Source: an uncultured virus (IMG/VR IMGVR_UViG_3300037507_003993) (taxonomy: Duplodnaviria; Heunggongvirae; Uroviricota; Caudoviricetes). Taken from it: DNA of 64,000 bases. A program made the position numbers and the translations under genes. Each line of letters begins with the position of its first letter. The first letter of the stretch is position 1. Below, piece after piece: positions 39,643 to 47,669 of the stretch. A model generated the notes under the pieces. The model did not search any database, was not told the DNA's origin, and was given only the letters and a program-made list of their open reading frames with translations. The DNA lies in the IMG/VR virus record IMGVR_UViG_3300037507_003993; one strand, 5' to 3'.

Positions 39643-42600
39643 TTTTCATTCCTGCCGTCTGTGAGTTTATCAAACTCTTCCTGTATCTTTTCCAGTCTGC
39701 TTCTGGAGTCAGAAATATTTTTAATGTTTTTGAACTTTGCCTGACGCATTGACTCAACAAGTTCTTCTATCTGCTTGTCTATTTTTGCCTCAATAACTTC
39801 TTTTGATGTTTTTGACTTGGGAGCCTTACTTGAGAATGAGCGCCCATCAAATACGTCCAATCCGTAGTCATTGGTTACTGCAAGATTAAAACCTCTTGCT
39901 TTCGCTAATCTCTGAAGTCTTTCGGCTTCTTCAATTCTTCTTAGATTTCTAAAGTCGTCTGATATTTTCCTGTATTCGTTAACGTTGTCAATTCGTATGG
40001 CTAAATTTTTGGGTATCGCATTAATTGGCTCCACCCCAGACAAAATATCTTCGATTATTTTTTGCTCTTCTTTTGTGGCCGCAAAACTCCGTTTCATTTT
40101 TTCTTGAATTTTAGAAATTTCTTCGTCTGTCATGTTGTTGTCAGGGTCACCTGGCGGCGGCGGCGGTGGTGCTCCTGCGCCGGAGGAAGCAATCGCAGGG
40201 CCTTCGTCTACATACTCCGTAACGGGTAAGTACTTAAGTTCTCTTGGTTTTTTTGCAAATTCTTCCGGCGTAGTTGAGTTTGTAATATCTAGAGAATTAA
40301 ACGGAACCCTCACCTCTTCGATGTCGCCCGGCTCTATTCCACCCATAATCAGGGCGTCCCTATTTCCCCATGCTCCGCTTATCTGGGGACGAGTTTGACC
40401 ATTATCTTTTCTGTAGGCATTGAAATCATTTTTAAACTTACCATAGAGAAGTTCGATGGAATTTGATTCACGTTCGTCAAATCTTCCGTTAGGGTCAATG
40501 AGTGCGCGACCTATTTCGTCAGAATCTGTTGAGTTTGCCAGGACGGGAAATATGTGATTATCAAGGGCGTCACCGTTGCCGTAAGCTGTCCTTTGGCCGG
40601 TTTCTGGTTTTAGAATTATTTCAGCATCACCAAAAATAGAATTGAAACCATTGTTGCGATTTTCGTTACTTGACTTAAAAAGGTCAAACTTATAACGTGG
40701 AGAATTGACATCAACTTTATTAGAAAACTCCCTAAATGAAGCCTCTTGTTCAGCGAAGTCGCCATCGGAATGCACCATGTATCCAGTTATTGGGCGTTCT
40801 GCGTCGGGAAGGTCTGGGGAAATTCCAATGTCTGCTTCGTAGGCTTTTACTCTCTCTGACAGACGTCGCGGTTTGCCTGAATCGTCTCTTCGTAGCCCAT
40901 TTTCCATTAGGCTCGAAAGTTCTGCAGTGTTTACGTTTATACGTGGTCTCTGGTCGATGCCAGCATGAAATTCAACTGCTGCCTGACGAAGGTCTGCCAG
41001 AATCTCGCGGTCTTCGGTATTGCGCATGTAGTTAGCAAATTCTGGGTCAAGTCCATTCATTGCAGACATGTATTTTGCGTCGCCATCGCCAGACTCTATG
41101 AATCCTTTGATGTCTTTGATTATTTCTTGTCTTTTCGCAATTCGTGATGGTTCGCTTTGCTCGAGAGTTTCCGGTCTCCATAATTTGCTGTTTGGTACCG
41201 AGCTATAGAACTCACGAGACTGTCTTCTGCCAAACTGTGGAGCAGAGCGCAAAGCAGGTGATGACGACATCTTTCCCGACACTCCATCACCTAAGTACTT
41301 TGCAAGCTCGGACTCCCATTCTTTTACATCTGAGTCAAAATCGTCTTGTGTTTTTTTGACGTACGCACTTCGCTTGGCTCTATCCAGAGCGTCTTTTGAC
41401 CAATTCTTTTCAATTGCACCATCAATCAAAAGACGCATTGATTCCGCTGTTGCTTCAGCGTCTTTGTCTGCTCTATGATGCTCTTTGCCAAGAGGGACCC
41501 CGAGGTATCTTGTTATGTCCGCAAGTCCATTGGATGGTGATTTTGTTCCATCTTTATTTGTCTTATGTGGTCCATCCGGATTTTCATCTGTGTACCTTGG
41601 GAGTGTCATGCCGGCCATATCTTTGAGGTCAATCCAGCCCCTTGCTTGCCATTCAATTCCCGCTTCACGGAGAGTGTCTTCAAGTACGTTCTTGTCGTAT
41701 GCGGCGTTTTGAACACCCATAATTGCATTCGGTCCAGCAAATTCAACAAGTTTTTTGTGCCCAGACTCCAAAGACTCAGCCCCCTGTAGGTATTGGTCAG
41801 TGAGGGGGTTTCCGTCTGCGTCGCGCAAGTTGTCTTTAGACCATTGCTGCAGAGGCTTTCCCGGATTGACAAATGTGTTGAATCTGTCTATTACTTGTCC
41901 GTTTTTCACTTTTATTGCGCCTATTTCTACCGGATTTCCGTTTTCCGTAGCGCGACCATATTTGTCGAATACTAAACCAGTTGTTTCATAATCAAGAAAG
42001 ACTATTTCCTGGTCATTATATCTCTGTTTAAATTCTTCCCAAGAATTAACTCCAGCAAAAATATTTTCTGTTTCACCGAGCATCGGACCGTAGGTTGGCG
42101 TCCGTGGGTACTGAGGCACACCGTCTTTGTTTTTCTTGATTCTGCTCTGTCCTGCTTGTGGGGTCGAGCCGCTTCTCATAAAGCCGGTGATTGGGGCTGG
42201 TTTCGCATCGCTCCAGAAGTTTGAATCACCAAGTCTTTGGCGATGGTTTTTGCTCATTCCGGCCACCCAACTAGGCGGAAGCGTCACTTCAGCGCTACCA
42301 CCACTTCCAGCCTGGCGAATCAAATACTGCTCGACCTGTCCGCTTGGGATGTTTGCGTGCAATCCCGATTGGGTTCTCAGCTGCCTGGCTATTTTGCCGA
42401 CTGCTAAATCCTGTGCGTCAGTTGAAGACTCTGCTGATTCTGCTTTAAAAATCTTTGTTGCACCCATTTCGTTTAGCTGCTGACGAACAGCCTCTTCTGT
42501 TGCTTCTTTGTCTGGTGTACCAGTGAGTCTTCGGAAGCTTCCTGATTTGAGCTTTATCCCCTCACCAGGTTTTGGTGTAAGAACAGTATCAAGCGTATAT

Positions 42601-45600
42601 AGATTGTCGAGTGAATCTGGATTGTCTCTTAGCACCTGAGACAGTGGCGCTATTAAGATAGTCGTATCTTTTTCTGAGCGCTGCCTAAATATATGTCCAC
42701 CAACAAGGTGATTTAATGCGAAGTGAATCGTATGGCGAGGAACCCTCACCTTCTTTCCGGATTCAGTTGTTTCCTCAAAGTTAGAACGAGGAGAGATGCT
42801 TATGTCTCCATTTTCATCAATTTCTGGCTCGTAACTTGTTTCATGTACAACATACAAGTCATCTAGGCTCAAATCTTCAAGACCAGCTCGGGTTATTGTT
42901 CTTTCCTGGTATTCATCAAGTTCGATGGGTTCATACAATTTTCCTTCTGCTTCAGAGACTCGCTTGCTTCCTTTTTCCGCTAAACCATCGAATTCCTTTG
43001 CTGCCTCCGTGTCACCGCGTGATGCTCGATACAGAAGGGCGTCGACATCATTCGAATCCATGTCTCCTTTGCCTAGATGGGCATTGAGCCACTTCTCTGA
43101 ATATTCGCGACCTTCCTTACTGGTTCTGGATTTTCCGGTTATCTCAAATGGATTTTTAGGAATAATTTTTATTGATGAGTCATCGATTGATATTGCGTCA
43201 GGATTATCAAATACTATTTTTTCGCCGTTTATTTCGTGGACCTTGATGTTGACATCACCAGACCTGCTGCCATCGAAACGATTCCTAACACCCGTGACCG
43301 TTGTTGGCACCAGCGGGGACATTCTCCCAACGATTGGTGTAGATGATTGCTGAGTTCCCAATGCTGATTGCAGCATTCCCGGCAGCGATTGACGCTCTTC
43401 GGTGAATGGCCTGTTTGTGTTTATTGAACTTATCGTGTCTTGATTTTTCCAGTCGCGAGAAGAAGTGGTTCTCCGCTGTAATGAGGATGACCTCATAGCT
43501 CCAGTAACAGCCGAGGAACTCCTATTCCTATTGCTTCGTGGATAGTTTTGGTCCACAGCTCTTCTGACGGCCTGCGTTTTAAGTGTTGGCCTTTGTTGTG
43601 GCAATCCAGAACCAGCCATGCGACCACTAATATTCCATGCGTTTCCGGGAACACTAAAAACATTCTGTCCAATGTCGTCCATCTGGGAACGGTATTGTGC
43701 CTGCGTCTGTGTGGCTCCCTGGGCTGCGGCCATTGTTCGCGCGAACTCATCAACCGTAGATGGGATTCCTGTTTGCCCACCTGTTAGTACCGGGTCTCCA
43801 AACAGTCTTCGGGATGCGAAGAACTCTGCGCGGGCTTCTATGTTTGATGTTGCCGCATAAACACCACCAGAAAACTGTCTCATCAACTCCTGGTCGTCAG
43901 CATCATCGGTGATGTTGTTTTCAATTGCCTCAGCTAGCGCATTGTGAAAATTGTTTAAATCGGTCTCCAGGTCTTGCCTTGTGTACCCGGTCGAACCTCC
44001 CCAACTTCCAGAGCGAAGATATTGCCTTCTGCTTAGATTGTTTGCTGAGTCGATTAACAGCTGAATACTTCTGTTTCCTGTTGGATTCGCAGCTTGCCTA
44101 AAGTCAATCATCCATGCATTGACTTGTTTCTGTCTTTGCCACTGGGGACCACCCTGCTGTGGTTTTACAAGTGTTTGCGCAAGCGGGTACCTCTGAAGAT
44201 TTTGCGTTTGGAATCCAAGTGTCTCCATGACATTAGAGAAGTGCGCAACATGACCCCACTCATGGTTGGCCAAATAGTGCATGTCACCCTCAACAGAATC
44301 AGCGACTCCATTTGCTCGACCATTTCTGTCAAAGCCCGAGCGATTTACCTGTGACCACATTTCCCATGGATTCATAACAAGGGAGAACTGAAGTCCACCC
44401 TGTTCTGCGGTTCTTCCCTGAGCCGCGTTTGATGCTGCTTGGCTTATTCTTCTTCCACCGGTGGAGGGAGAGGGAGCAAATGCATCAAATCTAACTTCGA
44501 ACGCTGACCCCATTTCCGTATCTATCGCGAAAGAGGTTACCCATTTTGCCTGCTCTGGATTTGCAATTGCATTTTCCATCCAGGAGTACCAGTATTGAAT
44601 CAAAGATGCCTTCAGTTTTGACCTTTCCATCCTGCTCAAGCTCATTGGAATTGCTTGGTCAAACATTTCTTCTATTTCTGCTTGTGGAACGTGTGGAAAT
44701 AGTTCGGCCATTGCGGAAACGAATTGAGCCTTTTGGCTTATGTCGCCGATTGGTCTACCGGCCGGGAAGTTCTGACTCGGTGGGAGTCTTAGTCCGTCTG
44801 GTCGGTTTGGGTTGTTGATTCTATCCCGCAAGTCGCGAGCAAGTTCGGTGGCTCTTCTGCCTCTCCAGACTTGTTCTTTCAATCCAAGTTGCCACACATT
44901 ATTGCCGACGCCCTTCGGTGCTCCACGCTGCTTGCCTCCAGTTCTAGCTGAAGGGTTTGGTATGAGACCAAACCTCGTAGCCCTCATGGCTCCCGAGACT
45001 GTATCGCTAACCATTTGTGGAGTGGGCGCAATTCTGCCACCGTACCCCATTGCTTCTTGAACTCTTTCAAAACCAAGTTCTCTAATTTGTTCAGCGTTTG
45101 CTCTAGCTACATCGAATCCACTAGCAACTCTTCCGCCAACCTGGGTTGACATCTGGGTGGCGCCAGCTGTTGCTCTACGCACTGCACGAGCTCCACTTTG
45201 TGCGGCAGTTCTTGGTGACGGTATGAAGCAGTTAGAGCCAGTTATGTCTGTAAATTGGTTTGCAGCTGGTGTTCCCGGAGGGCAGCGAAGCTTGTTTTTA
45301 TCGTCAACCCATAAGCCTCTTGTTTTGGCTGCTCTTCGCAGCAGCGAGTCAAGGCTGTCCTTTAGTTTCCTTCCAAGGACCTTGTACTCGATGTCATCCA
45401 GTTCACCCGATTTAAATTTCGTCGGAGAGGAATGTTTGTGTGTTGACCTAAAAAATGTTGAATCTGTATCCAGCATATTTGGGTTGAAAGTGCAAAAATG
45501 CATTCTCTTCCCTGGTGGAACAAGCGGTATTACATCGCCTGGTTCCCATGTTTTTATATATTCCTCATACGGGTTGGAATATTTTACTGGAGGCTTATTT

Positions 45601-45716
45601 ACTTCTGGTTTTTCGGCCTTGGTCTCTATTTTGGGAATGAAACCTATTTCTAATTCGCCATTCTTGGACAGGTTGTTTATCCTGCGTTCTGCGAAATTGG
45701 AATATGAATTAGCCAC
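39639..45716 (-). CDS. giant multidomain protein, 2025 aa: HExxH metallopeptidase, DEDDh (DnaQ-like) exonuclease, C-terminal DUF3626/ART-like domain
   Basis: HEWGH + EARAEFF; LDYETTG/QNAAYD/HRADKDA; FGDAEIILKP...RTAYGNGD...IMGG...DIEEV; AGGAG SD. Confidence 0.85.
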   Translation of the reverse strand: MANSYSNFAERRINNLSKNGELEIGFIPKIETKAEKPEVNKPPVKYSNPYEEYIKTWEPGDVIPLVPPGKRMHFCTFNPNMLDTDSTFFRSTHKHSSPTKFKSGELDDIEYKVLGRKLKDSLDSLLRRAAKTRGLWVDDKNKLRCPPGTPAANQFTDITGSNCFIPSPRTAAQSGARAVRRATAGATQMSTQVGGRVASGFDVARANAEQIRELGFERVQEAMGYGGRIAPTPQMVSDTVSGAMRATRFGLIPNPSARTGGKQRGAPKGVGNNVWQLGLKEQVWRGRRATELARDLRDRINNPNRPDGLRLPPSQNFPAGRPIGDISQKAQFVSAMAELFPHVPQAEIEEMFDQAIPMSLSRMERSKLKASLIQYWYSWMENAIANPEQAKWVTSFAIDTEMGSAFEVRFDAFAPSPSTGGRRISQAASNAAQGRTAEQGGLQFSLVMNPWEMWSQVNRSGFDRNGRANGVADSVEGDMHYLANHEWGHVAHFSNVMETLGFQTQNLQRYPLAQTLVKPQQGGPQWQRQKQVNAWMIDFRQAANPTGNRSIQLLIDSANNLSRRQYLRSGSWGGSTGYTRQDLETDLNNFHNALAEAIENNITDDADDQELMRQFSGGVYAATSNIEARAEFFASRRLFGDPVLTGGQTGIPSTVDEFARTMAAAQGATQTQAQYRSQMDDIGQNVFSVPGNAWNISGRMAGSGLPQQRPTLKTQAVRRAVDQNYPRSNRNRSSSAVTGAMRSSSLQRRTTSSRDWKNQDTISSINTNRPFTEERQSLPGMLQSALGTQQSSTPIVGRMSPLVPTTVTGVRNRFDGSRSGDVNIKVHEINGEKIVFDNPDAISIDDSSIKIIPKNPFEITGKSRTSKEGREYSEKWLNAHLGKGDMDSNDVDALLYRASRGDTEAAKEFDGLAEKGSKRVSEAEGKLYEPIELDEYQERTITRAGLEDLSLDDLYVVHETSYEPEIDENGDISISPRSNFEETTESGKKVRVPRHTIHFALNHLVGGHIFRQRSEKDTTILIAPLSQVLRDNPDSLDNLYTLDTVLTPKPGEGIKLKSGSFRRLTGTPDKEATEEAVRQQLNEMGATKIFKAESAESSTDAQDLAVGKIARQLRTQSGLHANIPSGQVEQYLIRQAGSGGSAEVTLPPSWVAGMSKNHRQRLGDSNFWSDAKPAPITGFMRSGSTPQAGQSRIKKNKDGVPQYPRTPTYGPMLGETENIFAGVNSWEEFKQRYNDQEIVFLDYETTGLVFDKYGRATENGNPVEIGAIKVKNGQVIDRFNTFVNPGKPLQQWSKDNLRDADGNPLTDQYLQGAESLESGHKKLVEFAGPNAIMGVQNAAYDKNVLEDTLREAGIEWQARGWIDLKDMAGMTLPRYTDENPDGPHKTNKDGTKSPSNGLADITRYLGVPLGKEHHRADKDAEATAESMRLLIDGAIEKNWSKDALDRAKRSAYVKKTQDDFDSDVKEWESELAKYLGDGVSGKMSSSPALRSAPQFGRRQSREFYSSVPNSKLWRPETLEQSEPSRIAKRQEIIKDIKGFIESGDGDAKYMSAMNGLDPEFANYMRNTEDREILADLRQAAVEFHAGIDQRPRINVNTAELSSLMENGLRRDDSGKPRRLSERVKAYEADIGISPDLPDAERPITGYMVHSDGDFAEQEASFREFSNKVDVNSPRYKFDLFKSSNENRNNGFNSIFGDAEIILKPETGQRTAYGNGDALDNHIFPVLANSTDSDEIGRALIDPNGRFDERESNSIELLYGKFKNDFNAYRKDNGQTRPQISGAWGNRDALIMGGIEPGDIEEVRVPFNSLDITNSTTPEEFAKKPRELKYLPVTEYVDEGPAIASSGAGAPPPPPPGDPDNNMTDEEISKIQEKMKRSFAATKEEQKIIEDILSGVEPINAIPKNLAIRIDNVNEYRKISDDFRNLRRIEEAERLQRLAKARGFNLAVTNDYGLDVFDGRSFSSKAPKSKTSKEVIEAKIDKQIEELVESMRQAKFKNIKNISDSRSRLEKIQEEFDKLTDGRNEK

Positions 45717-45786
45717 TTGTTGCTCCTAGGCGGCAAACAGATACCGCAATCACCTAACGAAGTTATGGAACAACAACCATATTAGC

Positions 45787-47298
45787 CTATTCAGGTTTTG
45801 GTTCGTTGATTTCCTCTTCGATGGAAAGCATTTCGAATTCCATCAAGTTTGACAAGAAATCCGTCACTTCTGACTTTTCTTCAGCGGCGTAGTCCTTTTT
45901 GGCTTTGTCCATATCTTCCTTGGAGACCCAGCTCAAAGGAATCATTTCCTCCATGCCAAGGTCAACAGCTCTCTTCATGATGTGAGCTTTTGCTGCTGTC
46001 TTGTCTTTTGCGCGACCGTAAGCCTGGATTGCATTCTTCAGGTCTGCTTCATCCTTGATTGGGAATGAACCATCTGCAAGAGCCTGCCCGGCTTGAGCCA
46101 TTGATGTGCGCGAATCTTCCGAGTAGGCACGCTTCAGCGCAATTTCCGCCGCTTCGGCTTCAATCTCTGAAGCTTCTTCTTGCGTATATTCATCGTATCC
46201 AAGCACTTCACCATCGAGCCCAACAAACACGTCATACGACTTGCCATTGAGGCCCTCGATTTCCACTGCGTAAACATCAAATCCCTCAAAAACGTCTGGT
46301 TCAACAGCAATGATGTCACCTTCAACTGATTTAACAGCAATATCTGCTGCTTCACCAAAGCTAATCATCACCTTGTTTTGCAGCGCAGACTTAACCTGCA
46401 CGACATCCTGAGTGAGCATGTGCCATCCCATGACTTCGCCGGTTGAACCATCGAAGAACACCTCGACTGGCTTTCCGTCTTTTCTCTCAACATCAACTAT
46501 AAACAGGTCTGCTTCATCTGAATATCCAGAATCGAGAACCTTGCCTCTAAACATGTCTTCTGCCATGCCTTCAATTTCAATCAGGGCTGGCATTCCCTTT
46601 TCGGAAACACAACCGCCTGGGCAGCTATCGCAGACATTTGCGCCGCCTGGGTAGACCTTGCGGTCGAATCCACAAACGAATGCGTTGTCGTCAAAATCTG
46701 CTGACTTGTACCCCATTGTTCCGAGTCTGCGTCTGCGCATCTTTTTGCGAACTGAAGATTCATCTGAGTACATGCCATCCATGTCTTTTTCGTCTTCGTC
46801 TAGTTCTACTTCAGCGTCTGGCCCCATCATCATGGCGCCTTTCTTTTTCTTCTTTGGCGCAGAACGACGGACGAACATTTCGTCTACTGATTCATCATCA
46901 TACATTTTGCCGTCAAGGTCTTCCATGTCTTCGTCTTCTTCGTCGTCATCATCTGCGGCCATGTCTTCTTCGTCGTCTTCTTCGTCCATGTCCTCTTCGT
47001 CCATGTCCTCTTCGTCATCAACGAGCTCCATGTCTTCCACGTCGTCATCTTTTTCTTCATCTTCCATGGACATTTCTTCATCCAGGTCAGAGTCCATTGC
47101 GGCCATGTTCAGCATGTTCTTCTTGACGGCCTTAACGTCAACATCTTCTTTCTTCTTTACAGAGACAGCCATTGCTCCGCACTTTCCACAAACTTTTGCG
47201 CCTGGCGTGTATCCACACTCATCCGAGCCAAGGCCCTTGGCGCAGCCAACAACTTCGCCGTCAGCATTCAATTTTACGACTGCTGCTTTTTCGCTCAT
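45787..47298 (-). CDS. acidic head-associated protein (Cys motifs, D/E/M tract, PepSY-like repeats)
   Basis: Start MSEKAA with AAGGAG SD; CGKC; long DEEDM tract; YAVEIEG..GKSYDVFVGLDGEVL; GSFPIKDEADLKNAIQAYGRAKD. Confidence 0.7.
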   Translation of the reverse strand: MSEKAAVVKLNADGEVVGCAKGLGSDECGYTPGAKVCGKCGAMAVSVKKKEDVDVKAVKKNMLNMAAMDSDLDEEMSMEDEEKDDDVEDMELVDDEEDMDEEDMDEEDDEEDMAADDDDEEDEDMEDLDGKMYDDESVDEMFVRRSAPKKKKKGAMMMGPDAEVELDEDEKDMDGMYSDESSVRKKMRRRRLGTMGYKSADFDDNAFVCGFDRKVYPGGANVCDSCPGGCVSEKGMPALIEIEGMAEDMFRGKVLDSGYSDEADLFIVDVERKDGKPVEVFFDGSTGEVMGWHMLTQDVVQVKSALQNKVMISFGEAADIAVKSVEGDIIAVEPDVFEGFDVYAVEIEGLNGKSYDVFVGLDGEVLGYDEYTQEEASEIEAEAAEIALKRAYSEDSRTSMAQAGQALADGSFPIKDEADLKNAIQAYGRAKDKTAAKAHIMKRAVDLGMEEMIPLSWVSKEDMDKAKKDYAAEEKSEVTDFLSNLMEFEMLSIEEEINEPKPE

Positions 47299-47666
47299 GC
47301 TTGGTGCTCCTTGTACTGCATTGAATTGGAAATACAACCTTGTACGTTACTACAGCCAGCGCATGGATTCATGCGCTTTTCTCCGGTAACCATGCAGTTG
47401 TATTTACTTAAAATCCGTTGATTATGTATAGGTTTAGCATAACCCATAGAAGAGGATTCACGGCTGACGTTTGGTCTCCGCTTGCTAACAGTGAAGCGAG
47501 ATGACTTCTTTTTTGCAATTCGAGGAGCAATCGAATTTTCCTGTTTTTTGCTAAGTTCCAAAAAGTCGTCGATTGCATCATTATATTTATTGACAGACTT
47601 CATGTCGTGATTCACTATGGCGCTGTCGCGCAATCGAGCAAGGTGACTTAAAAAATCTGAAGCCAT
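47295..47666 (-). CDS. hypothetical protein with C-terminal four-Cys motif
   Basis: CMVTG...CAGC...C. Confidence 0.65.
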   Translation of the reverse strand: MASDFLSHLARLRDSAIVNHDMKSVNKYNDAIDDFLELSKKQENSIAPRIAKKKSSRFTVSKRRPNVSRESSSMGYAKPIHNQRILSKYNCMVTGEKRMNPCAGCSNVQGCISNSMQYKEHQA

Positions 47667-47669
47667 GAA

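Noticed and set aside
46638..47389. Plus-strand Ser-rich and Arg-rich ORFs (243 aa, 162 aa)
   Set aside because: Antisense shadows of the GAC/GAA/ATG-rich acidic tract.
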